DNA of 64,000 nucleotides, from positions 4,085-68,084 of IMG/VR virus record IMGVR_UViG_2693429827_000001. The stretch is one strand, 5' to 3'. The stretch comes from a virus. Its lineage: Duplodnaviria; Caudoviricetes. The notes under the pieces were generated by a model. That model was given only the letters and a program-made list of their open reading frames with translations. It did not search any database and was not told where the DNA came from. Positions 54,309 to 63,016 of this stretch are shown here, piece by piece; positions within the stretch are counted from its first letter, which is position 1; the number at the start of each line of letters is the position of its first letter. A program made the translations under genes and the position numbers.

Positions 54309-55277
54309 TTAAACCCTCGGGAATTCCCGAATGTTTAGACGGACTGTATCCTCGATTAGTTGCGCTTGTCCGCAAATACTCCGAACTTTTTCCGCATCTC
54401 TTATCTCGTTGAAATCCTTATACTCGCGCGGTATCTCCACGTCATACTGAGCGCAATATCCTCGCATCTTCTCGCTAATCTGTCGCTTAAGCTTGGCGCC
54501 AGCCGCATCGTTATCCTCACCGTGTAGTAGTTCTTCGATCGGACTCCGCTTCAACATATCCGCACGCTCGTCCGTAAACTCTGCGCCGCCTACCGCAATC
54601 GCCGGTACTCCGCATGACCAAAGATACATAGCGTCAATCTCGGCTTCGACTACGGCGGCCCTCTTAATTCCTTGCGCATAGATTACGTCGATACCGAATA
54701 TCATCGATTTAACGGGCGCCCCTCGCGTACTGTACCAAAAAGCCTTCCCCCACGTTGCGCGAAACTTTGCGTTTAAGACGTCCCCTTGCGGAGATTTCCA
54801 CGGCATAACTGCGGCCTTTCGTTTAGCATCGTGACCAACTCCGAACATGCGCTGTATTTCCGGCGAGATTCCGCGTCCGGTTAGATACGAAACCTCACCG
54901 TTAAGATATTCGGTTATGTCAATCGGCTTCGGACGTGAGAGCGCCTGAGTTTCCGTTAGCTTTATACGTATGCGCGGCTGTTCTTCCGCGACTTCTTCGG
55001 ACGATAATTTCTCGCGTGCTTCTTCGTATGTAATGTCCAAAATATACGCGGCTAACTTCGTCGGCCCTCCGCTTGCCCAATCCGGATCTATCGCTCCCTT
55101 ATCGGACCAACAACCGAAGTATTCTGACGTTGTATCTAAATTTATGTAAAACGATGGTGTTTCGTCAGGCCGATCGCGGAAGGGCGAACTCGCTATCAGT
55201 TTCGTTGGATGTGCGCGCCTATTTCGCCAGTCATGTGATTCGACTGTGCTCAAAAACGCATCAACGTTAACCTCCAT
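54309..55277 (-). CDS. DNA primase (TOPRIM)
   Basis: YL..RGI, VVEAEIDAM, EDNDAAG, KDFNE; degenerate zinc-finger region. Confidence 0.88.
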   Translation of the reverse strand: MEVNVDAFLSTVESHDWRNRRAHPTKLIASSPFRDRPDETPSFYINLDTTSEYFGCWSDKGAIDPDWASGGPTKLAAYILDITYEEAREKLSSEEVAEEQPRIRIKLTETQALSRPKPIDITEYLNGEVSYLTGRGISPEIQRMFGVGHDAKRKAAVMPWKSPQGDVLNAKFRATWGKAFWYSTRGAPVKSMIFGIDVIYAQGIKRAAVVEAEIDAMYLWSCGVPAIAVGGAEFTDERADMLKRSPIEELLHGEDNDAAGAKLKRQISEKMRGYCAQYDVEIPREYKDFNEIRDAEKVRSICGQAQLIEDTVRLNIREFPRV

Positions 55278-55358
55278 GTATTACCACCTCCCTATTGATT
55301 TCTATAATGAGTGTTGGTATGATTCAAAGTATACATATTGTATCATGTCATATATTGG

Positions 55359-55387
55359 ATGATAGTACACAAATCGTTTACTGTCAA
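55359..55387 (-). promoter_or_regulatory. sigmaA promoter for primase
   Basis: TTGACA-N17-TATCAT. Confidence 0.7.
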
Positions 55388-55426
55388 TATAAAGAATGTT
55401 CGCTATTATTTGGGGAGGAATACATA

Positions 55427-55654
55427 GTGCCTTACAGCGAAATTTTGGCTTTAAACATTAAGAAATATAGAGAATTAAGAGGACTGGAACAACAAGCATT
55501 AGCAGATACAATTAATGTAACTAAGCAAGCTTTAAACAATTATGAGACAAAGAGAAGAAAAGTTCCTGTAGATTTAGTACCTTTAATTGCAGACGCACTC
55601 AGTGTGTCAATTGAGACATTGTACGGAAGATCAGACGAGAGTGAGCAAGTTTAA
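55427..55654 (+). CDS. XRE-family HTH repressor (75 aa, no peptidase domain)
   Basis: IKKYRELRGLEQQALADTINVTKQALNNYET..R; GTG start with GGAGG. Confidence 0.85.
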   Translation: MPYSEILALNIKKYRELRGLEQQALADTINVTKQALNNYETKRRKVPVDLVPLIADALSVSIETLYGRSDESEQV

Positions 55655-57003
55655 AACCCACTCACGTCCGCAAATTGTTGAGCCTCTTCACGCATACATA
55701 ACTCGCGCAACACCCCGTAATCTAGGAGAGCGATAAGGTCTACGGTAAAGCCTTCGCCACCATTTCTGCCCTTTTCAACGCCGATCTTTCCATTACCGTT
55801 TACGGCGTCGAACACGAATAGGTTAGTCGCTATCTCTAATACCGCTTTCGTCGTTTTGACTTGGTCGCGTTTGGGCAGTTTAATCTCGCGTTGCTGCCCG
55901 TCTTCAACCTCCTGGCGTTCGGTATGCGCCTGTATCGTAAACATCCCGACAACATCGTGCTTACCGATTATCGCCTCGAACCTACGCGCGGCTTGTTCCG
56001 CAGCTCCACCCGTTGTCTTATTCGAGTTACGGCCGTATACATCCGAAAGTCCGTAGAACGGATCAACGAGCACGGCATCCACGTTGCCTATGGCGTGCAG
56101 CTCTCGGTCTAAATCGTCGAGCGTTCGCGTTAAGTCCGCATCCCCTTTCGCCTGCAGAATCAGCGTACCCGGATAGTACTCGTTAAGCTTATCGACGATA
56201 TCGAATAAATACGTTTCAAGCTCGTCGGCTAATCGTCCGGACAATATCGCTTTGTTCGGCAGCCCTACTTTAACCTCGAACTCGTCGGAACTAATCGCCT
56301 CTTCTCGCGCAGTAATTATCGAGATCAAGCGGCTGATCCACGGATACCATTTCACCTCGTACGACTTAACGAGTACTTTCGCACCCTGGCGTAGTAATTC
56401 GTCCACGATCACTTCGGACAAATACGTCTTGCCGCGACCACTCTCCGCCATAATTCCGTAAATGTCGCCGGAATAGAGACCGCCTATTTCTTCGTTAAGT
56501 GACGGGAAAGGAGTGCGCCACAGTTTGAACGATGTTCCGGCTTTACGTTTCTCGTATTCTTCACGGAACCTGTTCGGGATCGTTACGAGTGCGTTCGTAT
56601 TTTTGCGAACACTTGTTCCGGTAACTTCCATTTTAATCCCATCGAGCGTTTCCGTCAATGATTCGATAAAACTTGCGGAGTTTTTCTCTTGGAATTGAGC
56701 GTCAAGTCCGTTGATGGTCTCCGCGATGCGCCGTTTGCCCCACTCGTCCTTAAGTTTGCCGGCCAGATATTCGACAGAATCGGATACGTCCGGTACGTAC
56801 ACAATGTCCGGATGCTCTGCGGCAAGTATAGCGTAAGATGGCGTGCACCCCTCGTTTGAGTCTGCGTATCTCTGGATGGCCTGGACACATTTGCGCTCTG
56901 CTTCCGTGGCGAAGTCCGTTGGTTTGATGTTATACGTTATTAGATCGGTGGCGTTGCCTGCGTTGATGATTTTCGATATTAAAAGTTGACCAGTTGCACT
57001 CAA
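55651..57003 (-). CDS. dnaB: Replicative DNA helicase (DnaB-like)
   Basis: AESGRGKT Walker A, SYE, VLVDPFY, IQA, EKGRNG. Confidence 0.9.
   Translation of the reverse strand: MSATGQLLISKIINAGNATDLITYNIKPTDFATEAERKCVQAIQRYADSNEGCTPSYAILAAEHPDIVYVPDVSDSVEYLAGKLKDEWGKRRIAETINGLDAQFQEKNSASFIESLTETLDGIKMEVTGTSVRKNTNALVTIPNRFREEYEKRKAGTSFKLWRTPFPSLNEEIGGLYSGDIYGIMAESGRGKTYLSEVIVDELLRQGAKVLVKSYEVKWYPWISRLISIITAREEAISSDEFEVKVGLPNKAILSGRLADELETYLFDIVDKLNEYYPGTLILQAKGDADLTRTLDDLDRELHAIGNVDAVLVDPFYGLSDVYGRNSNKTTGGAAEQAARRFEAIIGKHDVVGMFTIQAHTERQEVEDGQQREIKLPKRDQVKTTKAVLEIATNLFVFDAVNGNGKIGVEKGRNGGEGFTVDLIALLDYGVLRELCMREEAQQFADVSGF
56606..56658 (-). promoter_or_regulatory. Intragenic sigmaA promoter with downstream LexA (Cheo) box
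   Basis: TTGACG(56658-53)-N17-TAAAAT(56635-30); CGAAC-ACTT-GTTCC at 56606-56619. Confidence 0.6.
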
Positions 57004-57059
57004 GTTGTTTCACCCTCTCAAGTGCCATGATACCCTCTGTATCATCTTCTACAGACAGC

Positions 57060-57151
57060 ATCATAACACAACGTAATAGTAATAACAATAAAAATACCAC
57101 AATATATTGATTTTTCTTACGTTTCAGGCGTTAAAATACTACATATAGTGA
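57060..57151 (-). promoter_or_regulatory. Helicase sigmaA promoter with two NrdR-like boxes
   Basis: TTGTTA-N17-TATGAT with TGn extension; ccaCAATATATTGatt (57097) and ataCTACATATAGtga (57136). Confidence 0.55.
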
Positions 57152-57180
57152 TTAACAATCAGTACGCGACTGATTAAGAA

Positions 57181-57951
57181 TCAGGAAGCAGATCTCCTTA
57201 GTCCCCGTTTACTCCCGCCTTTAAACTCGATCGTTATACACATATCGCGCACTCTATCCGCTAACCTCGCGTCAAATACCGACGCAAGCTCCTCGATCTT
57301 AACGTTAGACGTGTATACGGTTGGCAGTCCGCTCGTTACACGCTCGTTAATCACCGCATGCATATCCGCACGAAACGCTTCGCTCGCACTCCTAACGCCT
57401 ATATCATCGAGTACAGCGAACGGGGCCGATTTAGCCTGCGCTTCCATCGCGTAATAACGAGCGGCTAGGGGTTCCGCTGTTTCTCTCGGCACGTTGGCGC
57501 GATTAAATCCGAGGAACAACGTCTGCCACGCGTTTACATCGAGAAAGTATGCCGGACGCTCCAACGGTTGCCTATTCCGTTGGATACTTCCGATATAATG
57601 GCGGATCATATAATCGTTCAGAACCGCGGCAGCCGACGTTGTTTTGCCGGTGCCGGGACTGTCCGAGTAGAGGTACAGCGATTTGATACGTTCACCCTCT
57701 TCGTCAAATTGGCGTTTGAACGTGGTAACGTATTTATCTATTAAAGCATAGGCCTCCGGTTGATCCCCGCGGGCTGGCGAGTTCTGCAGCGTAACCATCC
57801 GATAGTCAGCCGGAACGCCTGCGGTTGTCGTGCGGCCTCCTGCTCCGTTATGGCCGTGTAGCGCGATGTACGATCCGCAAATTGCGTTACACTTCGGTCC
57901 GTTGGCGAGCGAACAGTGTTGCGATAATATGCATTTGTCAGCGTGGGACAT
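57181..57951 (-). CDS. DnaC/IstB-like ATPase (helicase loader)
   Basis: PGTGKT, VLDDIG, YTSN, RLADR, G.SKR. Confidence 0.88.
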   Translation of the reverse strand: MSHADKCILSQHCSLANGPKCNAICGSYIALHGHNGAGGRTTTAGVPADYRMVTLQNSPARGDQPEAYALIDKYVTTFKRQFDEEGERIKSLYLYSDSPGTGKTTSAAAVLNDYMIRHYIGSIQRNRQPLERPAYFLDVNAWQTLFLGFNRANVPRETAEPLAARYYAMEAQAKSAPFAVLDDIGVRSASEAFRADMHAVINERVTSGLPTVYTSNVKIEELASVFDARLADRVRDMCITIEFKGGSKRGLRRSAS

Positions 57952-58029
57952 TGCGTACCTCCTTATTTAGAATATAGACTATAAAAAACATTAAAAGTGT
58001 GATTTTCCGATTTATTTTTTAAAACTTTT

Positions 58030-58425
58030 TTACAGCCATTCCGCAAGCTCCTCCGCAGTCATCCCGCTGTTATCCGGCGTCTGCTTCGCTCTCTCTTGAC
58101 GCTGCCTATCCGCCAAGAGTCGCGGCATAACCGTGTTCAACCGGTAGCTTATCGCAAAGCCCGCCGTTAGGATCGGATACTGCTCGTTCGGCCGGTACTC
58201 CCTAAATATCTGCGTAAATGCTTCGTGTAATAGTTCCGCGCCGTACTCGTCTAGCGCCCGTTTGATCATGCCGCGTTCGGCCGCCCAATTGCGCATCGGC
58301 AAGTACGTTTCCACTCCGTAATGTTCTCTGTTTAGGTCTGCAAACATCTGCAGTACCGTCGCGGTGTTCCACTTGTCATACGGTAGATTGCGCCAGTCCT
58401 TGCGGTCAACCTTCGGCTTTGGCAT
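58030..58425 (-). CDS. Hypothetical replication-associated protein
   Basis: Directly upstream of the loader; GGAGG RBS. Confidence 0.65.
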   Translation of the reverse strand: MPKPKVDRKDWRNLPYDKWNTATVLQMFADLNREHYGVETYLPMRNWAAERGMIKRALDEYGAELLHEAFTQIFREYRPNEQYPILTAGFAISYRLNTVMPRLLADRQRQERAKQTPDNSGMTAEELAEWL

Positions 58426-58906
58426 TTCGCAGTGCCTCCCTTGCTTTGTAAATAGCGTTATCAACTCCGATGGACATTTTCGTTGAATGTAAACGGCCGT
58501 GATCGAATAATCCGATAATACCCGCGAGTGCTCCGCTTAATTCGAATACCGTACCTACGTTCCGCGCATTCTCCGCCTTCAAACGTTCAATTTCTAACGT
58601 AACGTCAATCGCAACCTCCGATTCATGTTCGATGAACGCATGTAACCGTTCGACCTCCGCCTCAGCTTCGATTGCCCTCCGCACTGCTTCCGGCCAACCT
58701 TCGCGTGCTTGAGCGATGAACTCTGCGTCTGCTTCTTCCGGCCAATATTCCGCGTAATTAGTTCCGTGTTTCGGCGCTTTGATAAGTTGCATAACGCCGA
58801 GAGTACCGCCGAATAACTGCCAAGTATCTGCGTTGTTCTGTGCGAACCATGGCCCGGGCGTTGCCGCTTCGCATAGCGTAAAGTCAGCGTGTAAGTTTCG
58901 TTTCAT
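58406..58906 (-). CDS. Ea22/Ead-like hypothetical protein
   Basis: AATPGPW...DAEFIA.AR motif. Confidence 0.7.
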   Translation of the reverse strand: MKRNLHADFTLCEAATPGPWFAQNNADTWQLFGGTLGVMQLIKAPKHGTNYAEYWPEEADAEFIAQAREGWPEAVRRAIEAEAEVERLHAFIEHESEVAIDVTLEIERLKAENARNVGTVFELSGALAGIIGLFDHGRLHSTKMSIGVDNAIYKAREALRNAKAEG

Positions 58907-59031
58907 TTGTCCGCCTCCTCTTTTAGTGTAATACCTCAATAATCAAAAGTAAATGTTCGTATTTGACACGAACACAAGATGACAATTATGTGAATATTAA
59001 CATCTTATACTTGACAATTTTAACTGGTTAT

Positions 59032-59370
59032 TTATGCATTCACCCCTTCGATTTGGATTCCGAGTTCCGTAAGCACGAATTCTATTCCGTCCGCGTAACC
59101 GTCGTCATACTGGAAACAGCGGTCATTGTCGCGAACCAGCCACGCTTCCTTAATAGTCGCAATCTTCCGTTCCTCTTCGGTCATTTCGCGCTCATACCCG
59201 TTAACCAGCGCTGCGAGCAATGTGTCGAACGGAATTGACTTAAGTGTACCGCTAGGCGCTGAGTGTAGCGTGCTTCGTATAATACTGGCGTTATCTTCGC
59301 CGAGACTTCGGTACCGTTCGATAACTTCCGCAACTTCTGCGGGTATAACCGGTTTATTAACGTTACTCAT
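59032..59370 (-). CDS. Hypothetical protein (DUF1642-like)
   Basis: KPVIP.EVA..IE...AL.NGYE. Confidence 0.65.
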   Translation of the reverse strand: MSNVNKPVIPAEVAEVIERYRSLGEDNASIIRSTLHSAPSGTLKSIPFDTLLAALVNGYEREMTEEERKIATIKEAWLVRDNDRCFQYDDGYADGIEFVLTELGIQIEGVNA

Positions 59371-59470
59371 TCCGCTCACCCTTTCCGTAATATTCGATGA
59401 TATCGTCAACTGTTACGAGTTCCATTCCGTAAAACCTCCGCTTATATAGATATACGGGACTAGCGCGAAA

Positions 59471-59879
59471 TCACACGCTATCCGTTAATTTTGCGATAAT
59501 TGCAGCGAGACATATCGCTTCTGGCGCCGTTTTTGCTTGCGTGACTTCATGTCCGTGCGCGTACTCTACGTTATAACCATCTGCGGTTGGGTATATCGCC
59601 CATATTGGCGTTAGTCCTCCGGAATCCAGCTTTTCGAGAACCTTCCACGCCCACCGTATATCAACTGACGGACGGAACCAATCCTGCGGACCAGTATGTA
59701 GCGAACAATCCGATTCCAAAGCAACAACTAGCCCATCCGTGTCCATCCAGACAACGTCACCCTCCTCCTCCTCCAGGTCGCGAAATTCTGCGCCAGCCCA
59801 TGACCTCTCTAGCAACCCACGCGTCACGTTCACGCGGAGACATTCCGTTCCACTTAGCGATAATCTGATTGCGATCCAT
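59471..59879 (-). pseudogene. Frameshifted BC1872/ABA-sandwich-like gene
   Basis: ATG at 59879 gives MDRNQ...ERDAWVAREVMGW...PGGGGG*; the C-half (PSVDIRWAWKVLEK...TAPEAICLAA) is in another frame; junction at (GGA)4GGG. Confidence 0.7.
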
Positions 59880-59937
59880 CGAAAAACCTCCTATATATAT
59901 AGATATGGACAAGCGAGGTAAAATCCCACACTAATCG

Positions 59938-60237
59938 TTAATTTATTTTTTCGATAACGTAGATGTCACCGCGCGATTTGACTACTTCGTACTTGGTCGC
60001 GTCGATAACGTGGCCCGGTTGCAGAGTGACCTCATGGCGGATGGTTATATCTAAATTCGCGTGTAAGATAAACGCCATGAATGCGAACCAAGCTGCACCG
60101 GCTAACCCTTGAAGAACGTGCTTAAATTCAGACTGGAGTATGCTGATAAAGAACATAAACACCGCCGCTATACTCGCGACCCAAACGAATATGATTCCGA
60201 CCGTATCCGCTACCTCGTACGTATTCAAAACATTCAC
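59938..60237 (-). CDS. Membrane-anchored hypothetical protein
   Basis: Two TM helices plus a small beta domain. Confidence 0.65.
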   Translation of the reverse strand: MNVLNTYEVADTVGIIFVWVASIAAVFMFFISILQSEFKHVLQGLAGAAWFAFMAFILHANLDITIRHEVTLQPGHVIDATKYEVVKSRGDIYVIEKIN

Positions 60238-60463
60238 TTTGCGATCTCTCCCCTCGTATGCTTACGATTAGATTCGACATAGACACCGACTCGCCATCGA
60301 CATGCAACTCGCCCGTTTCAGCGGTCAAATATTTACGCCTTAACACTTCGTCAATCAAATGGATAGCGTTTCTCGGTCCGATAAATCCTCCGATACATTT
60401 AGAGGTTATTTGCGTAATCTCGCTAAGTCGGCGTTCGTTAATCTCCGCCTGCATTCCGTCCAT
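60128..60463 (-). CDS. Hypothetical protein
   Basis: AAGGAG RBS; 3' end overlaps the next gene by 110 nt. Confidence 0.5.
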   Translation of the reverse strand: MDGMQAEINERRLSEITQITSKCIGGFIGPRNAIHLIDEVLRRKYLTAETGELHVDGESVSMSNLIVSIRGERSQSECFEYVRGSGYGRNHIRLGREYSGGVYVLYQHTPV

Positions 60464-60531
60464 TTTACCGTCTCCTTTACGTTAAATTATCGCCTTACTC
60501 GCCGACCCCTCCGTTAACCCTACCGCACGCC

Positions 60532-60879
60532 TTAAGCGCCTATTTTCACGGTAATTTCCGGCAATTTCGCGGCGTTAATCGCGTCGACTAATCGTTCGGT
60601 CTCAGCGGACAATGCCGCCATCAATTCGGTGAGCGTCGTCGCGTTCGATAGGGCAGCCGACTTCATGCGGACACGGTCGAGCGCTGCGGTTAGGCCGGTG
60701 GATGTGAGCGGATAGTAGCCGGCGTCGTCCCAGCGTTCTTTTAATTCCGGAGTCGATGCGTTTTCCTCCGGTTTGTAGCCGGGCGCTTTCGTGGGATCGA
60801 CGAGTTTGCGTTGCTTGACGATGAATTGCGCGCTGTCTGCGGTTAAGCGGAAATTTTCGTTTAGTTGAATAGCGTTCAT
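60532..60879 (-). CDS. Hypothetical protein
   Basis: AGGAGG RBS; ATGA coupling. Confidence 0.7.
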   Translation of the reverse strand: MNAIQLNENFRLTADSAQFIVKQRKLVDPTKAPGYKPEENASTPELKERWDDAGYYPLTSTGLTAALDRVRMKSAALSNATTLTELMAALSAETERLVDAINAAKLPEITVKIGA

Positions 60880-61292
60880 ATTGCGTCCTCCTTCGCGTCA
60901 ATAGTGATCGTAAGGCTGCCGTCATCATTTAGAACTACGCGCTGATAATCGTTTATATAGTCGTAGTCGCCGCCCCACGGTACGTAAATATACTCGGAAC
61001 TGCCGTCGCGATAACGGATACTTAACGCTGTGATATCGCTGTGCTCTGTTAAACGTCCGAATGGGGAAGCAGTATCTCCGCTCCAAAACGTATACGCCGT
61101 TCCTACGTTTGCCTGCGGTTCAATTGTTGCGAAAAAATGTTCGCAAACGACCGTTTCACTAACGCTATTACATGCGATTCTACGGATTGAGCGTGTAATA
61201 TCGGAAATACGGACCTCACGCATATGCTCCGCTACAATTTCAATTGATTCGCAATTTTCGAGGACTAACTCGATAAAAACTACGTCTTTCAT
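60876..61292 (-). CDS. Hypothetical protein
   Basis: GGAGGTG RBS before the ATG at 61292. Confidence 0.7.
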   Translation of the reverse strand: MKDVVFIELVLENCESIEIVAEHMREVRISDITRSIRRIACNSVSETVVCEHFFATIEPQANVGTAYTFWSGDTASPFGRLTEHSDITALSIRYRDGSSEYIYVPWGGDYDYINDYQRVVLNDDGSLTITIDAKEDAI

Positions 61293-61510
61293 ATAAACAC
61301 CTCCGAATATTCTATTTGCTTTGTTTATAAGCTCGTGATTCGCTTCGCTCATTCTCGCCGTCACTATCGTTCCGTTGTATCTATTTATACGCGTTAATAG
61401 ATATTTAGATATTGATACGCGCACTAGGAATGAGGTACGAATGACGACGTGCAATGTTTTATCTAGTTATTAATGGCTCTTGTTAAAGATGGTTATAGTT
61501 AGTGTGCATA

Positions 61511-61555
61511 TAACCATGTTGGCATCTACCATGTTGAAGGTTGCAGACATGGTTA
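61511..61555. repeat. Short direct and inverted repeats, candidate phage replication origin
   Basis: ACCATGTTG at 61513 and 61528; inverted TAACCATGT/ACATGGTTA; AT-rich flank; directly after the HTH initiator. Confidence 0.55.
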
Positions 61556-61975
61556 CTATCCGCTATCTAACGTATCTGGCTCCGCATCAAATATCGCAAG
61601 TTGACTGATCGGAAGTACCGTGTACCGCGTATTCTGCCACGTACCTTTGGGCGCCCTATCTTTTATTGCGTGTATCACCGGACGCCCGTTCCAGCGATAT
61701 TCCGTTAACCGCCTTACGTACTTGTTCGCAGTCGTGCGGTTGACTCCGAGGTACTTCGCGATCTGATCTTGCGTAGGATAGCAATTACCTTGCGCGTCCA
61801 TAAACGAAGCGATAACGCAAAGTGTCGCCCAGTTCTGCGCTCCCATATCCGCTATAAGTCCGGCCTTAGCGGCATCGACGTACATTTTAACGAAGATGCG
61901 CGTTTCGGTAGCGCCTGACGTTACGGAATATTCCGTTTGGGACTCTACGCTGACGAGACGTTGATGATCGGTCAT
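61556..61975 (-). CDS. HTH replication-initiator-like protein
   Basis: CYPTQDQIAKYLGVNRTTANKYVRRL...NTRY. Confidence 0.75.
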   Translation of the reverse strand: MTDHQRLVSVESQTEYSVTSGATETRIFVKMYVDAAKAGLIADMGAQNWATLCVIASFMDAQGNCYPTQDQIAKYLGVNRTTANKYVRRLTEYRWNGRPVIHAIKDRAPKGTWQNTRYTVLPISQLAIFDAEPDTLDSG

Positions 61976-62862
61976 GCTGCGTCCTCCTTCGCTGGGTTAT
62001 CATGACACCAGTAAACGTATTCGCGATACTCTTCGGTGGTCATGTCGTTTTGTTCCGCTAATTTGGCGATTAGCGAGTCAAACCGAGATTGATCAAGTTC
62101 AAAGCGTTGCCTATTCGCTTCGAACCATTCGAAGATGTTTTTATCGTTCTTGGAGGAGTTTAGGTCTTTCCTCAATGGTATCAAGTTACCGTAGTAAGTT
62201 CCTCCGTGACCCGATACAACTGGGATGACGTGGTCTAAAGCGTACTTTAACGATCCGGTGAATACACATCTTCCTCCGAAATCGCTACGAAGCTTAAGTG
62301 CATCCTCCGGAGAGAAGTCATCTCGCAAGAAATTAATTCGAGTCCTACGTCTCTGAGCGGCTGCGATTGTGATGTGTCTACTGCATTCTGTACATTTAGC
62401 TCGAATACCGAGTCGACTATCGATATTTCCGTGGAAATCACTTAAAGGGAGATCACGCCGGCACACCGAACATTGACTATAAACATGCTCGTAGGCAAAC
62501 GTTGCCTTTTTAAATCTAAGATATCTTTTGAGAGTTTTATACTTATCTCGGACATACGCCGAGAGTCGATGAACTTCGTCGTATTCGTTCAGGTGCACTT
62601 TTTCAAAAAGAAAAGATCTGCGTACGATATCATCTAAAGCGTCCTCGCAATCCCACTCGTCGTACGGCACTAGTCGTATGTCACACGATTCTACTTTGTC
62701 GAGTAGTTCATCAAAAGGCACATAAATCTCTAATTTGCACCTTTTAATAGCCCTATCAACATACATATGGTGAATACCCATTTTCGAAGCTACCTTGCTC
62801 GGGGAGTATCCTGCATCAAGTAATTCCTGCATTTCCTCTAACCTACTTGCTGGCTTCTTCAT
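61972..62862 (-). CDS. HNH endonuclease with N-terminal HTH and zinc-finger
   Basis: CSVC...CTEC, LDHVIPV..G.GG...GNLIPL...LNSSK. Confidence 0.85.
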   Translation of the reverse strand: MKKPASRLEEMQELLDAGYSPSKVASKMGIHHMYVDRAIKRCKLEIYVPFDELLDKVESCDIRLVPYDEWDCEDALDDIVRRSFLFEKVHLNEYDEVHRLSAYVRDKYKTLKRYLRFKKATFAYEHVYSQCSVCRRDLPLSDFHGNIDSRLGIRAKCTECSRHITIAAAQRRRTRINFLRDDFSPEDALKLRSDFGGRCVFTGSLKYALDHVIPVVSGHGGTYYGNLIPLRKDLNSSKNDKNIFEWFEANRQRFELDQSRFDSLIAKLAEQNDMTTEEYREYVYWCHDNPAKEDAA

Positions 62863-62910
62863 TCCGTTACCTCCTTCCGTCTTTGTCTTTTGCGCAAATA
62901 TTTTTCGGCG

Positions 62911-62950
62911 CCTATACCGATATATTTACCGTTACTTTTCCGTTCGTACA
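62911..62950 (-). promoter_or_regulatory. Conserved 40-bp phage promoter-like motif, copy 3
   Basis: TGTACGAA-cgg-AAAAGTAACGGTAAATA-tatcg-GTATAGG. Confidence 0.75.
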
Positions 62951-62970
62951 ATTTTCTGCGGATTCAACGC

Positions 62971-63007
62971 AAAAAAAATAACGCCCACCTCCGTAGAGAT
63001 GAGCGTT
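62971..63007 (-). terminator. Intrinsic terminator after integrase
   Basis: AACGCUCAUCUC...GAGGUGGGCGUU stem plus U8. Confidence 0.8.
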
Positions 63008-63016
63008 TGTATTCCG

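Noticed and set aside
52830-55654. Arbitrium (aimR/aimP) system
   Set aside because: No TPR regulator or secreted peptide gene recognised
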